Positions 1-9,708 of a stretch of DNA of 46,895 nt are shown piece after piece. The notes below the pieces were generated by a model. That model did no database searches. It saw nothing but the letters and a program-made list of their open reading frames with translations, and was not told where the DNA came from. Source of the DNA: a virus (lineage: Duplodnaviria; Caudoviricetes); IMG/VR virus record IMGVR_UViG_3300043707_000079, positions 1-46,895 of that record; one strand, written 5' to 3'. Both the position numbers and the translations under genes were made by a program. Each line of letters starts with the position of its first letter. Position 1 is the stretch's first letter.

Positions 1-127
1 CGAGCTCCTGATAGAGCTCGGCCGTGACCGCGCGCAGAAACGGGATGGTCATCGGCGCGGAGTCGGTAAAAATCTGGCCCTCACCCGGAGTGCCCGTAGC
101 GCCCTGGAAGGTATCGTTCACAAAGGC
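1..127. repeat. Terminal direct repeat, left copy (circular assembly overlap)
   Basis: 1-127 is identical to 46769-46895; an ORF reads through the junction; 127 is a common assembler k-mer size. Confidence 0.97.
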
Positions 128-190
128 CCGGGCAAGGTTCATGACCCGCTTGTAGGTCGGGTAAGGGCCGGTAAGTTGCAGTACGGGCAT
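1..190 (-). CDS. 5' part of putative head-tail adaptor (continues at 46131-46895; 275 aa in total)
   Basis: ATG at 190 gives MPVLQLTGPYPTYKRVMNLARAF, in frame across the junction with the 46131..46889 ORF. Confidence 0.7.
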   Translation of the reverse strand, partial: MPVLQLTGPYPTYKRVMNLARAFVNDTFQGATGTPGEGQIFTDSAPMTIPFLRAVTAELYQEL

Positions 191-238
191 GAATTACATC
201 GCGGAGCTGGAGCCTCACAACCGACTGCTGGGCGGCAA

Positions 239-1114
239 TCAGCTGGGAGACTCCTCACTCCGCGAAGACTGTTCCTTCGGTTCCTTCTCTACTTTCCACC
301 AGCGTTTCTCGGGCGGCACGTCCGAGCGCGATTTGACGCCGGCATCGACCGCCCGCTTCCAGTCGCTGATGCAGAGGATTCCGTCTAAAGACTTGTGAAA
401 GGCGGCGCCCGTCGCCATACTCTCGCCGCAATTGGGGCAGACCGAGGGTTTGGTCATCTTGCGGTGCCACGAGTACTCTTCGCCGAAGTAGTCGCAGGCT
501 ATGTGGTCGTTGATGGTGATGTACTCGGCCAAGCCCTTCGGGTTGGTCATCTCGAGCATCCGGGCCTGCTGGAGGCGGGCGCGGTAGTAAGCCTCTTTCC
601 GGGCGACGGCTTTACTTATCTCTTCGTCGGTCGGCTCGGGAAAGAGCGACCAGAACACACCCAGGCGCCCGTAGTCGTTTCCCTGCGAGAAGACTTTCGC
701 CGGGTCGGGCTGCGTGTCCTGGTTGAGCGTCAGGTTGTCGGGATTCACGATGTCCATCGCCACCCGCCGCGCATCGTGGGAGTCGATGTAGCGTTCCCCG
801 TTTTCCCGCATACACTGCTGGTTCACGGGATGCGGGATTTTGGTGACCACTGCGTAGCGTTCCCCCGGCTTCAACTCGGTGATACTGAGATGGGGTACGA
901 GGGGAGGAAACGAGCGGTGCAGGTGCGCGCCGTGCGGCCTCTGGTCTACGACCGAGTAGATATAGACCATCATCTCGGGGCGCCGGAAGTTTACCGGGTC
1001 TACGTACTCGGCGCCGTAGAGGCGCTCGTTCGCGGTCTGCGTGTCGCGCAGCGAGCGCGCGTTGAAGCGCCCGTCAGCTCCAATGGATGTCGATTCGACT
1101 CTCGCGTCTGGCAT
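239..1114 (-). CDS. Hypothetical protein with C-terminal zinc ribbon (CPNCG...H...C)
   Basis: 291 aa ORF, AGGAG RBS, co-oriented in the structural operon. Confidence 0.75.
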   Translation of the reverse strand: MPDARVESTSIGADGRFNARSLRDTQTANERLYGAEYVDPVNFRRPEMMVYIYSVVDQRPHGAHLHRSFPPLVPHLSITELKPGERYAVVTKIPHPVNQQCMRENGERYIDSHDARRVAMDIVNPDNLTLNQDTQPDPAKVFSQGNDYGRLGVFWSLFPEPTDEEISKAVARKEAYYRARLQQARMLEMTNPKGLAEYITINDHIACDYFGEEYSWHRKMTKPSVCPNCGESMATGAAFHKSLDGILCISDWKRAVDAGVKSRSDVPPEKRWWKVEKEPKEQSSRSEESPS

Positions 1115-1135
1115 AACTCTCCTGGGTCAATCTGA

Positions 1136-1828
1136 TTAGTTGATTGTGATTCCGAGGCCCTGCCGGCGAAGCATCCGGACGGCGCGGTCCCAGTGCTCCT
1201 CTATCGCCTTCATGCGCCTGTCAACGAGCGGCGTATGGCAGGCTTGCCGCGCATAGCTGACCGGACCCGTGAAAGCCATCTTCGCGTCTTCTCTCGCGTC
1301 CTCGATCTTCTTGTCCAGGATGTGCTGCTTGCGGGCCTGCCAGTTCCTGAAGGCAAGCTCCTTGCGCCAGCCCTGAAGGACCTTCCACTGCTTAATCATC
1401 GGGATCAGGATGTCGATAATCATGCCGTTGAGCGGCATGGTTTCGATCACGAGGCGCCCGTTGACTAACTCTTTCGAGATGAGGGGCTGGATGGCTTCGT
1501 ACTGCCCCCGCCAGGGAAAGTCACCGAGAAGCTGAAGGCCCGATTGAGGGCAACGGTTCTCCTGAAACCAGGCGTCGGCTGATAGGTAAAACTCAGGAGG
1601 GTTCCACTGCCTGACCACCCAGCAGGGTCTTCCGTCTTCGAGCTCGTCTCTATATCCCCTGAAAAAGAATCCCCCTGAATCCCAGATACCTCCGCGTCGT
1701 ACTCGATAGGACTGCCCCCAATCAAGGCGGAAATTCGGATTTCCATAGCGGTTCACTCCCCCTGCCCTGATTAGACGCTCCGCGTACTCGGGCGGACAGC
1801 TTTTAAGACGGTTCAGAGGCGAAGCCAT
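1136..1828 (-). CDS. Hypothetical phage protein
   Basis: 230 aa ORF overlapping the groES end, within the operon. Confidence 0.75.
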   Translation of the reverse strand: MASPLNRLKSCPPEYAERLIRAGGVNRYGNPNFRLDWGQSYRVRRGGIWDSGGFFFRGYRDELEDGRPCWVVRQWNPPEFYLSADAWFQENRCPQSGLQLLGDFPWRGQYEAIQPLISKELVNGRLVIETMPLNGMIIDILIPMIKQWKVLQGWRKELAFRNWQARKQHILDKKIEDAREDAKMAFTGPVSYARQACHTPLVDRRMKAIEEHWDRAVRMLRRQGLGITIN

Positions 1829-2133
1829 ATATCGTGTACGCAGATCAGCACTAACTCCTCGCCATCGACGGTAATGTCCTGCGCCGAGTACTCTCCGAAG
1901 AGAACGCGGTCGCCCCGCTTGAGCGTAAGCACTCTCAGACCTACCGCCAGCACCTCGCCACGGTTCGGCTTCGGTTTCCAGGCGTCCGCGGTCTGCACGA
2001 GCTTCTCGTCGTCATCTTCAAGGCGGCGCAGGAGTACGCGGTCTTCGAGCGGCTGGAGGCGCGCTATCTTAGCGACGTGCCCGGCGCGTTCCATCATTTC
2101 TAGCGTTTGTTCGAGGGTTGCTGATGCCATCAT
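1813..2133 (-). CDS. groES: Co-chaperonin GroES (Cpn10) homologue
   Basis: LQPLEDRVLL, GEVLAVG, GDRVLFGEYSA and VDGEELVLI match Cpn10 motifs. Confidence 0.9.
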   Translation of the reverse strand: MMASATLEQTLEMMERAGHVAKIARLQPLEDRVLLRRLEDDDEKLVQTADAWKPKPNRGEVLAVGLRVLTLKRGDRVLFGEYSAQDITVDGEELVLICVHDIWLRL

Positions 2134-2378
2134 TTCCTTCCAAAGTATTTCTCCCTCATCTCAACCTGCCTGCCAATCGCGAAGAAGTCGCAGCAGTAGA
2201 TATTTGCCGCGAGCGGCAGTTCGTGTCCGCCGTTCCACGCCACAAAGTGGGGTTCGGCACAGTCCTTGTTGTCGTTCCGGACATGCGAGCACTTGGCGCA
2301 GTTAGAACCGCCCCTCGGGACCTCCATGCCCACCTTGTGGTCCCGAGGGTAATCCGGAAGCTGGCCCTTTCCCGGCAT
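2130..2378 (-). CDS. Small Cys-rich hypothetical protein
   Basis: 82 aa, CAKC...C...CC; start overlaps the MCP stop. Confidence 0.65.
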   Translation of the reverse strand: MPGKGQLPDYPRDHKVGMEVPRGGSNCAKCSHVRNDNKDCAEPHFVAWNGGHELPLAANIYCCDFFAIGRQVEMREKYFGRK

Positions 2379-3709
2379 CAGTTAATGGCAGGGATGGCCG
2401 CGTTCTGCACATAGGCGCCGGCTAACATGTTACTGTTGCACACGTTGAAGGCGGTTATATACACCATGATGTAGCTGGTCAGGTACGAGCCCGCGCCGGC
2501 TATGTCGGGCACAGGCATAACCACGGACCCGCCGCCAAAATCGTATAACTCGAGCGGCGCCGTCTCGAAGATGTACCACGTGTCCGGGGTGAGTAAGTCA
2601 GCGCGTCCGGGCAGAGCCGTCCACGAGATCATCAGGTTGCGATTGCACCAGGTGTCGGGAAAGAACTTCTTACCCATGTCTATCGGCTTGTCGCCTTCGA
2701 CTTCCTGCGCATTCACGATCTGCACGTTGAACATCAAATTGCTGATGCTTATGCCCTGATCGGGACCCGTGTACCAGATGGCGTCCTTGATCGAGTCGGC
2801 GTCGGGACCGAGCGCGCGTCCCATCAGGGTCGCAGCTCTTAGTCCGATAGATTGGGTCATCGGGCCACCGGCCAGATCAATAGTAGGAGTAGATAGGCGA
2901 CCAGGAAAATTAGCCCGATTAACTCCTGCAATCGTTCCTGTGTTGCCATTGTTCTGCCAGTAGCGCAGGCCGAGCAGGCTCGAACCAGCTGCGCCAGTAG
3001 CAGCGCCACCAGACACCATAACGTAGTCGCCAGCAGCAGTACCAGCAGGGAGCGGACTGGAAAACCAGAGCGTATTGGTGATGGCATCTACGAAGGAGAT
3101 GGTCGCCCAGCCGCGGGCGGTGCCGCCTATGGATGGAAAGAGCTGGACAATCTGCTGGTCGGTGAAGCCGGCGACGTTGCGCATACCGACAATGTTGGAC
3201 GTTGTGTTACCACTTCCGGTCGCCGAGTTGATGATGGCGTCGGACGGGATCTGGTCGATGGCGCCAGAGCCGTCGCCGTTCATCAGGCCCTCGATGCCGC
3301 GAGTGCATGAGGCTAAGGTGTTTTTGAGCTCCTGGGCGCTGACATTAAAGAGACCGCGTTCTCGGCCATCCGTTGCCTTCTTCGATAACCAGGTAATTTC
3401 GTTCGCAGCCTTTATAACTACGGGGCTAAGTGCGAAGGACCGCCAGAGAGATCCGCTTCCTCGTCCGAGACCATCCGCGTCACCTGTTCCCTGACTAATA
3501 GGAGCTCCAGCCTGCACACGGAAAGGGACTCTTGCGCTTGGGCGAGTCGTTCCTCCACCCTCGGTAATATTTGAAGCAGGTACTGTTTTAAAGTTCTTTT
3601 TCGCAAACGAATACAGTGTGTCAAACAGCGGAACTAAGTCCGGTATGTCTTTCGCGAAAGCGTCTAACTCTATAGATTGTACCGCCGCTTCCTGTAATGG
3701 GTTGGGCAT
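2378..3709 (-). CDS. Major capsid protein (HK97-type fold inferred)
   Basis: 443 aa, follows portal and scaffold, GAGGA RBS, EGLMNGDGSG motif typical of capsid proteins. Confidence 0.8.
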   Translation of the reverse strand: MPNPLQEAAVQSIELDAFAKDIPDLVPLFDTLYSFAKKNFKTVPASNITEGGGTTRPSARVPFRVQAGAPISQGTGDADGLGRGSGSLWRSFALSPVVIKAANEITWLSKKATDGRERGLFNVSAQELKNTLASCTRGIEGLMNGDGSGAIDQIPSDAIINSATGSGNTTSNIVGMRNVAGFTDQQIVQLFPSIGGTARGWATISFVDAITNTLWFSSPLPAGTAAGDYVMVSGGAATGAAGSSLLGLRYWQNNGNTGTIAGVNRANFPGRLSTPTIDLAGGPMTQSIGLRAATLMGRALGPDADSIKDAIWYTGPDQGISISNLMFNVQIVNAQEVEGDKPIDMGKKFFPDTWCNRNLMISWTALPGRADLLTPDTWYIFETAPLELYDFGGGSVVMPVPDIAGAGSYLTSYIMVYITAFNVCNSNMLAGAYVQNAAIPAIN

Positions 3710-3852
3710 ACGTATCCTCTAGGACAAAGCTCATCCCCCGTATCCGCCCAGTTGGATATGAGATGGCGCCGCGACTTAGCCTTTATCGCGGTATTGGTGC
3801 CCAGAGAAAGCGGACGCTGCTCAGTTTAACGACTTGAGGGTCGCGCATCCGC
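3710..3852 (-). promoter_or_regulatory. Structured 5' leader of the capsid gene with predicted H-type pseudoknot
   Basis: Sense strand GCGGAUGC-G-CGAC-C-CUCA-A-GUCG-UUAAAC-UGAG-CA-GCGUCCGC (3852-3810), plus further hairpins. Confidence 0.5.
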
Positions 3853-3863
3853 CTGGCGAAAAA

Positions 3864-4250
3864 TCATCGGATCATAAGCCTCGCTGCAAGCTCGGGCGTC
3901 GGGTCGGGCAGCGTAGTAATCACTACGCGCATGAAATTAGTCACCAGACCCGAGGGCGAAGAGTACTGCCGGTCGGGAAAGGTGATAGTCCCGAGCGGGT
4001 GGTACGCCTCTTCCTGGTTCTGGTCGGCGCCCTCGACTTCGACCTCGCCCGCGGTCGTATCGGGCGCCCAGATGACCGTCGCCACGAAACCCCGCACCCC
4101 GTGACCTTCAGAAGTCGGCGAGAGGCAGACCGCGCTCGATTTCTCGCCCTCGGTGACCTCTTCGAGCACTCCGTCGCGGCCGAACATGTATTCGGGCCAG
4201 GCCGAGAGCGCCTGCCTGATCCAGCCGGGGTCGGTTGAGTACCGAGGCAC
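3864..4250 (-). CDS. Putative capsid decoration / minor head protein
   Basis: Lies between scaffold and MCP; GTG at 4250 overlaps the scaffold TAG and has a GAGG RBS; paralogue of 34710-35711. Confidence 0.55.
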   Translation of the reverse strand: MPRYSTDPGWIRQALSAWPEYMFGRDGVLEEVTEGEKSSAVCLSPTSEGHGVRGFVATVIWAPDTTAGEVEVEGADQNQEEAYHPLGTITFPDRQYSSPSGLVTNFMRVVITTLPDPTPELAARLMIR

Positions 4251-5512
4251 TATTTCCACCTCACGAGCTTGCCTTTATAGGGGCCTCTCGCCATGATTGC
4301 CCTGCCGGCAATGTATGCGGCCATGTAATCGCGGTCTTTTTCGATTTCAGAGAGCGCGGGCTTGCGGTTGAGCCTGATTTCGCCCGCTGGAGCCGCAACT
4401 CGGCCGCGGTCGCCGTTCACACCCGCAAAAGTCCCGGCTTTCGCGGCTTTTGGCAGGGGCCCGTACATGTCCTGCCATACGCGCTTCGAGATCGAGGGAA
4501 TTATCAGGTCAAGCTGGCCTTTAAGGTAGGCAACAGTGCCGCGCGAGTCCCGCTGCGAGAGATACGCCTTCATCTGGCGCTGGAAACCCTCGTTGCGGTC
4601 GAGATTCTCGTTGATGTCGGCGTTTATATTTGAAACAAGCCTTCCACGAGCCTGTTCAGAGATTTTTGCTCCCCGGAGGTAGGGGGCGAGGGCTTTCTGG
4701 ACGGCACTCTGCTGATATTGGAAGGTTTCGCGCCCGATTTCCCCCCGGAAGGCCCTTTCTTCCTGCTCCCTGACCGCGTTTTCCCTTTGCGTGAGCTTTT
4801 CGTCGGCTGGATTGACACTCTCTGCTCCTCCCTGGCCTGAATATTTCCTGTGAGCCTGCACCCATTGAAAGATATTGCGCAGAACCGACTGCGCGTGGCG
4901 TGGATTCTGCGATTCGATGGCGTCGAAGGCTTCTGAAAGCCGGTCGGCGAGCCCTGCGCGGTCTAAAAAACCGGATAAGTGGGGGCCAATCGCCTTCGAG
5001 AAGGCTTCGCCGTCCATCTGCGCCCACTTCTTGACCGCGTAGGGCATGACCTCGCGGAAGCCCTCGGGAAAGTCCTTTGCCCAGTCGTCAATGATGGATG
5101 AGTCGCCGGCTTCGGCCGCCTGATCGACCCACTGCATCCACTGCTCGTGCTCGCGCAGTTGCGCGAAACCCTCTTCGCCGCCTACCGAGTCCCAGGCGAG
5201 TTTGGCAATCTTCGCGTCCCGGGCCGAAGGGAAGGACTCGCGGAACTGTCCCGTCTCAAAGAAGTCCTTGCGCATCCGGTCGATGACGCGCGCGTACTCG
5301 GGATTCAACTTCTTGAGGGCTTTTAAGGCATCGCCGACTTCTTTCGCCCCGGGCTCCTCGACTTCGGCCGACTGCTCCTCGACGCGGGGCTCGGGCTCGG
5401 TTATAGGCTGTTCGCTTACATCCTCGTGCTCTACAGGTTCTTCGTAACCTGTGTCGGCGCCCGCATCTACGGGCTGTTCGACTATATCGGCGACTGCTGC
5501 TTCACCATCCAT
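4250..5512 (-). CDS. Putative scaffolding protein
   Basis: 420 aa, acidic N-terminus, helical, located between portal and MCP. Confidence 0.65.
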   Translation of the reverse strand: MDGEAAVADIVEQPVDAGADTGYEEPVEHEDVSEQPITEPEPRVEEQSAEVEEPGAKEVGDALKALKKLNPEYARVIDRMRKDFFETGQFRESFPSARDAKIAKLAWDSVGGEEGFAQLREHEQWMQWVDQAAEAGDSSIIDDWAKDFPEGFREVMPYAVKKWAQMDGEAFSKAIGPHLSGFLDRAGLADRLSEAFDAIESQNPRHAQSVLRNIFQWVQAHRKYSGQGGAESVNPADEKLTQRENAVREQEERAFRGEIGRETFQYQQSAVQKALAPYLRGAKISEQARGRLVSNINADINENLDRNEGFQRQMKAYLSQRDSRGTVAYLKGQLDLIIPSISKRVWQDMYGPLPKAAKAGTFAGVNGDRGRVAAPAGEIRLNRKPALSEIEKDRDYMAAYIAGRAIMARGPYKGKLVRWK

Positions 5513-8029
5513 TTACTGAATGCTCCCTGGTCCGCCCGGTCCTCCCGCGCCGCGACCATAGTCGGCTGCTTTCTTGACGAGCTCCTGCTCGGTTTCCGCG
5601 GCATCCTGCTCCCCGAAACTCTGCGGGTTTGCCTGGATACCGTAGTTCTGCTGTAACAACTGCGCGGCAATGTCATTCGGCATTCTGTCTACCGCTACGC
5701 TTACGCTTCGCGAGATGGGGCGCTGGTCCTGGTTGCCGGGAGGCGAGAGCTTCTGCGCCATCGCCATGTGCTCCTGCCAGTGGAGATGCAGGTTCTCATA
5801 GGCGGCCTGCTGGTCGGAACTCCCGAGCTTGAGTTTTCTGCCCGTGGGCGAGTTCATCATGCGAAAGCACTCCTGGGCTTCAATCGCATGGTTCTCGCTG
5901 GCGTCCTGCGCCACCGGACACGAGGAGATCTGCTGCGGCATCTGCTGTATCGCCTGAAGCACCTGCGGCACCATCGCCTGGAACTGCGCGAAGCCTTCGG
6001 GGCCGGCGGCTTGCGCCTGCTGCTGCGCCTGCTGCAACTGCTGCATCGCCTGCTGCACGGCGGGGTTTGGCATCGGCTGCGGCTGGCGCTTGAGCAGTAC
6101 CTCGAACTCGCCCTTCTGCTTGTCTACGGAGTCGGCCGCGGGAACGTCGAGTTCCTTCAAGCCCACGGCATCGCGTATCATGCGCTGGTTCTGCGGGAGT
6201 GACATAACCTGCATGACGAGCGGAGTCGTCGGCGCTTCCATCATCAGCTGCTGAATGCGCGAACTGCGCTGTATCCAGGTCTCAGGGAAGTTACTGTCGG
6301 CTTCGGGATAACAGAGCACGTTTCCCTTGAGATCCGAGACCTCGAGCGTCATCTTGGTAGATTCGTCCGTCACCCAGGAGATCAGGTTTTCACCGCGGGC
6401 TAACCTGCACTTCGCGGCTAGTTGAACAGCTTGACGTAAGTAACAGGCCGCGGCTCCCTGCAACCGAGACCAAGGCGTACCCAGCCGTCCCAGCGCCTGG
6501 TCGCGTTGTATGGCGATACCGCCAACGGTATCGGTGTTAGACTCGGCGCCGAATAGTGAAGGAAGAGCTCCGGACAGCATCTCCGGAAAATCCTTGAAAA
6601 AAAGCTGGATGAAGGCCGGGAGCTCGGGCTGGTGCTGGGGTAGAGGTTCAGCATAAATCATCTCCTGAATCTGGCGCCCGGGTACGGAGAGAAATGGCCT
6701 GCGCTGCCCCGGGACGTTATTCTGACGGGCTAACCCTGCGACGTTGAACACCTCGCCGTCCATCCAGAGCGTCGGGACCGTGCGCACGAAGAAGTCATTC
6801 AAGAGGTCAATCCAGTTATTCAGGCGCTTCTGAATCGAGAGGCAGTTGGTCATGAGACCGCGGCGGTTCTGGGAGTTGCCCGCGAGCGCCTGCATGACAT
6901 GGAGGTGCTCGTCCATCGACTCGTTGCGCACAAAGGCAAGAGCGTCGCCGGCGTGAACGGCCAGCAGTCCATCGGGAAAGTTGTCGAAGAACTCCTGGCG
7001 CACGTCGTCGTCGTCCATGCGGTAGTAGTGCGCGGGGCGCAGCCAGCAGTAGGAGACCGTAACCTCGCGGTTGAAGGTGTCTCCGGTGACGTAGCCGCCT
7101 TCAAGCGCAAGCGCCACGTTGATGCGGGCGATACGGTCGATGCCTATCTCGCCGACCCCGCCCCCGGGCTTGATTTCGTTTTCTATCCAGGGAAACTTGG
7201 CCTTGGCGCGGCACTCGTCCATGTCGCGGAAGGCGAGCACGAAGTCGCACTCGTGGATGTCGAGCGCCTGGATCGGGACCTTGTGCTCGAGCTTGCCGAA
7301 GACTTCGAGCACCTCTCTACCGCGAGGCTTGCGCGGAGATTTCCTTACTTCCGTGGCTCCTTCGTTGTCGGTTTCAGGCGCCACGGCCGTTTCGTCACGC
7401 TCACTCTCAAACCCGAACCTCTGCCCGTCCAGTCGGTATGTTGTATAAAACAGTACTCGCCCGCTGTGGCACATATGATACGCAGCCTGGGTATGCACGT
7501 CCTTGAGGTTATTGTTCTTACTAAAAACTTCTTTGTACGCCTCGGCTGCTTCAGCCGCGGTAACGTCAGGATCTGAGTCAGGATCAGCAGGCTGGAATCT
7601 TCCAGTAGGTATATCGCGAACCAGGGCAGAGGTAAGTATCTCCGAATGCGCTCCGTAAATATTTGTCTCGTAAACCTGGGCTCCCTGCATCTGGCTCCAA
7701 GTTTTTCCACTGGCCGCGGAAAATAACTGCCAGCCGCCCGCGCGTCTCGGGAAGAGGTACTGATAGCCTCTCGCGAAGAGCTCGGCCTCCCACGTTTGCT
7801 CAACTTCCATCCTCCGCGCCGCCATGTCGCGCCGGGCGCAGCCGCGGCAGAGCTCGAGCAGCTTGGCTTTAGAGCGCTCGCTCAGTTCGACGAAAGGCTC
7901 GGGCGACCAGTCGAAGGACTCGTAGACGCCCAGTTGGTCTTCGTAGTCGTCCGCGTCTTCATCCGGTTCCGAGTCTTCCTCTTCTTCTTCCGGCTCTTCG
8001 TCGTCTTGTTCTTGTTCGTCGTCAGCCAT
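5513..8029 (-). CDS. Portal protein (P22-like size, Gln-rich C-terminus)
   Basis: 838 aa, downstream of TerL; Q-rich coiled C-terminal region; SIQKRLNNW segment. Confidence 0.8.
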   Translation of the reverse strand: MADDEQEQDDEEPEEEEEDSEPDEDADDYEDQLGVYESFDWSPEPFVELSERSKAKLLELCRGCARRDMAARRMEVEQTWEAELFARGYQYLFPRRAGGWQLFSAASGKTWSQMQGAQVYETNIYGAHSEILTSALVRDIPTGRFQPADPDSDPDVTAAEAAEAYKEVFSKNNNLKDVHTQAAYHMCHSGRVLFYTTYRLDGQRFGFESERDETAVAPETDNEGATEVRKSPRKPRGREVLEVFGKLEHKVPIQALDIHECDFVLAFRDMDECRAKAKFPWIENEIKPGGGVGEIGIDRIARINVALALEGGYVTGDTFNREVTVSYCWLRPAHYYRMDDDDVRQEFFDNFPDGLLAVHAGDALAFVRNESMDEHLHVMQALAGNSQNRRGLMTNCLSIQKRLNNWIDLLNDFFVRTVPTLWMDGEVFNVAGLARQNNVPGQRRPFLSVPGRQIQEMIYAEPLPQHQPELPAFIQLFFKDFPEMLSGALPSLFGAESNTDTVGGIAIQRDQALGRLGTPWSRLQGAAACYLRQAVQLAAKCRLARGENLISWVTDESTKMTLEVSDLKGNVLCYPEADSNFPETWIQRSSRIQQLMMEAPTTPLVMQVMSLPQNQRMIRDAVGLKELDVPAADSVDKQKGEFEVLLKRQPQPMPNPAVQQAMQQLQQAQQQAQAAGPEGFAQFQAMVPQVLQAIQQMPQQISSCPVAQDASENHAIEAQECFRMMNSPTGRKLKLGSSDQQAAYENLHLHWQEHMAMAQKLSPPGNQDQRPISRSVSVAVDRMPNDIAAQLLQQNYGIQANPQSFGEQDAAETEQELVKKAADYGRGAGGPGGPGSIQ

Positions 8030-8132
8030 TACGAATGCTTAGTAAGAAGACCAGGAGCGCAAGCAAACCAGCCACCAGCGCGAGAAGCACCCATATCCCG
8101 TTGCGAATAGACTTTTTCAAAAACCGGCATAT

Positions 8133-8348
8133 TTATTTCTTGTAGGGCTCGGGACGCTCGGCTATCGCGTCCTGGCACTCCTTGATTGCATCCTCGGCCA
8201 TCTGCCTGTGGTCGGGCGACATCAGCACCGAGCAGTGAATGTAGTCCTGCCCCTGGTGCTTGAAGCGGTGCACTCTCGTACCTAAAAAGGGATGCAGCGT
8301 ACAGCCGCACCCCGTGACTATAAGGAGAAAAGAGAGAACTACCTTCAT
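8133..8348 (-). CDS. Small putative lipoprotein
   Basis: MKVVLSFLLIVTG-C signal peptide with lipobox-like motif. Confidence 0.55.
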   Translation of the reverse strand: MKVVLSFLLIVTGCGCTLHPFLGTRVHRFKHQGQDYIHCSVLMSPDHRQMAEDAIKECQDAIAERPEPYKK

Positions 8349-8542
8349 CGTTTACCTGCTAACCGCATTCCTACCAGCGCGAAGTTAGCCCGCTGACGCT
8401 GCTTCGGGTCGGGAGAGTTCTGCTGCTTGTGCGCCCACTGGCTTGTCGTCATGCCGTGCCGCTCGGCCTGCCTCTTAAAGAGACCCTTAGTCCCTTTGCG
8501 CTCCATGCGCGCGGACGCCTGCTGCATGAAGTGTTCAGCCAC
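8345..8542 (-). CDS. Small basic protein (GLFxxQAxRHG family)
   Basis: 65 aa, GAGGAG RBS, paralogue of 8535-8807. Confidence 0.65.
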   Translation of the reverse strand: MAEHFMQQASARMERKGTKGLFKRQAERHGMTTSQWAHKQQNSPDPKQRQRANFALVGMRLAGKR

Positions 8543-8807
8543 GTCCTCTCCTCGGCTGCATGTTAGAGAACTTGAAGCCGTGACCCTGCTTACTCTTTCC
8601 CTGCGTGCCGGGAGAGAGGGCGCTCGTTATGTCGCGGAACCTGGGAACGCGCTCCCGGTCGGGTTCGCGCCCCCAGTCCGGGGTCTCGACACCGTGCCTT
8701 CTGGCCTGGCCGCGAAACAGGCCGAGCTTCGGCTTGTGTTCGCTTCCGCCTGTCCACCGCTCGCCGCCCGTAGGCCACTTGCCGCTACTGCGTCCGCCGT
8801 CCGCCAT
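8535..8807 (-). CDS. Small basic protein (GLFxxQAxRHG family)
   Basis: Start moved to ATG 8807 (GGAGG RBS); LGLFRGQARRHGVETPDW. Confidence 0.6.
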   Translation of the reverse strand: MADGGRSSGKWPTGGERWTGGSEHKPKLGLFRGQARRHGVETPDWGREPDRERVPRFRDITSALSPGTQGKSKQGHGFKFSNMQPRRGRG

Positions 8808-8979
8808 CGCGCGTCTTCCTCCTTGCCTGCCCCGCCGTGATTCCCTTTGAATAGCCTTTACGCTCGTGTCCGAGACTGGGGTCGGCATGTAATTCCCCTT
8901 GCATCTTAGTTTTCTGCTCGGGATCGAGGGGCGAGCCCTTCGAGAGCAGGAACTTCACTTGCTGTCTTGTCCAGGGCAC
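8785..8979 (-). CDS. Small basic hypothetical protein
   Basis: 64 aa, MPWTRQQVKFLLSKGSPL, directly after the previous stop. Confidence 0.6.
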   Translation of the reverse strand: MPWTRQQVKFLLSKGSPLDPEQKTKMQGELHADPSLGHERKGYSKGITAGQARRKTRDGGRRTQ

Positions 8980-9567
8980 TCAGTAACCGCTTCGCCTCAT
9001 TCCGGGTATTGAATCCTCTGGCCTCGGGTTGCCGGCCAAATTCGCTACGTGCTGGTTCAAGCCCATAGCATCGGCCGCGTGGAGCGCCGCCCCTTGCGGG
9101 GTCGGGTGCGTACTTACATGGCGGCGCCCGCCGTGCGAGGTGGTAACGTGGTGCATCCCGCCGCTTGAACGAATCTGCACGTTGTCGGCGGGGCCGTGGT
9201 TCCTCACCGCGTCGTTGATGTTCATGTAGGAGATGTCGTCCGCGCCGCCGGCTTCGCCCGGGTTGTTGGAGTCGCCCGCCTGTTCGATGCCGGGAGTAGG
9301 CGTGTTCGGCCTGGGCTCTCTCGGTCCCGGGTTGGGGTTGCGGGCGGGGTTCTCGCCCCGCCTCTGCTGGGTTTCAACTTCTTCGGGCGGCTGGTGAGGC
9401 TTCGGCTCGAGCGAGCCGCCGTACTCCTTCCGCTCATGGCCCTCGCGCTCGTCTTCGGCGTCTTGCGGGCGGGAGGTTCCCGAAGAGCCCCTGGAGATGC
9501 GGTCGTTATAGGCATTCATCTGATCCCGCCGTCCAAAGGCGCGTCCGTCTCTAGCTCTGAAGGCCAT
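8980..9567 (-). CDS. Low-complexity hypothetical protein
   Basis: 195 aa, AGGAGG RBS. Confidence 0.7.
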   Translation of the reverse strand: MAFRARDGRAFGRRDQMNAYNDRISRGSSGTSRPQDAEDEREGHERKEYGGSLEPKPHQPPEEVETQQRRGENPARNPNPGPREPRPNTPTPGIEQAGDSNNPGEAGGADDISYMNINDAVRNHGPADNVQIRSSGGMHHVTTSHGGRRHVSTHPTPQGAALHAADAMGLNQHVANLAGNPRPEDSIPGMRRSGY

Positions 9568-9576
9568 CGCTTCCTC

Positions 9577-9708
9577 CTAGCGCCTGGGCTGGTTAGGCGA
9601 AGGCGGCTTGTCTCCGGGCTGGTGCGGCTGTCCGGGCTTGTGCTCGTGCTCGCCCGGGTCGTCCGGCTTAGGTTGATCGGGTTCGTGAGGTTCTTGACGA
9701 AGTGTCAT
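9577..9708 (-). CDS. 43 aa Pro/His/Gln-rich peptide (not in ORF track)
   Basis: AAGGAGG RBS; MTLRQEPHEPDQPKPDDPGEHEHKPGQPHQPGDKPPSPNQPRR. Confidence 0.55.
   Translation of the reverse strand: MTLRQEPHEPDQPKPDDPGEHEHKPGQPHQPGDKPPSPNQPRR

Noticed and set aside
1-127. Biological direct terminal repeat
   Set aside because: The exact 127 bp overlap cuts through a gene and matches an assembler k-mer size; it indicates circular assembly, not physical ends.
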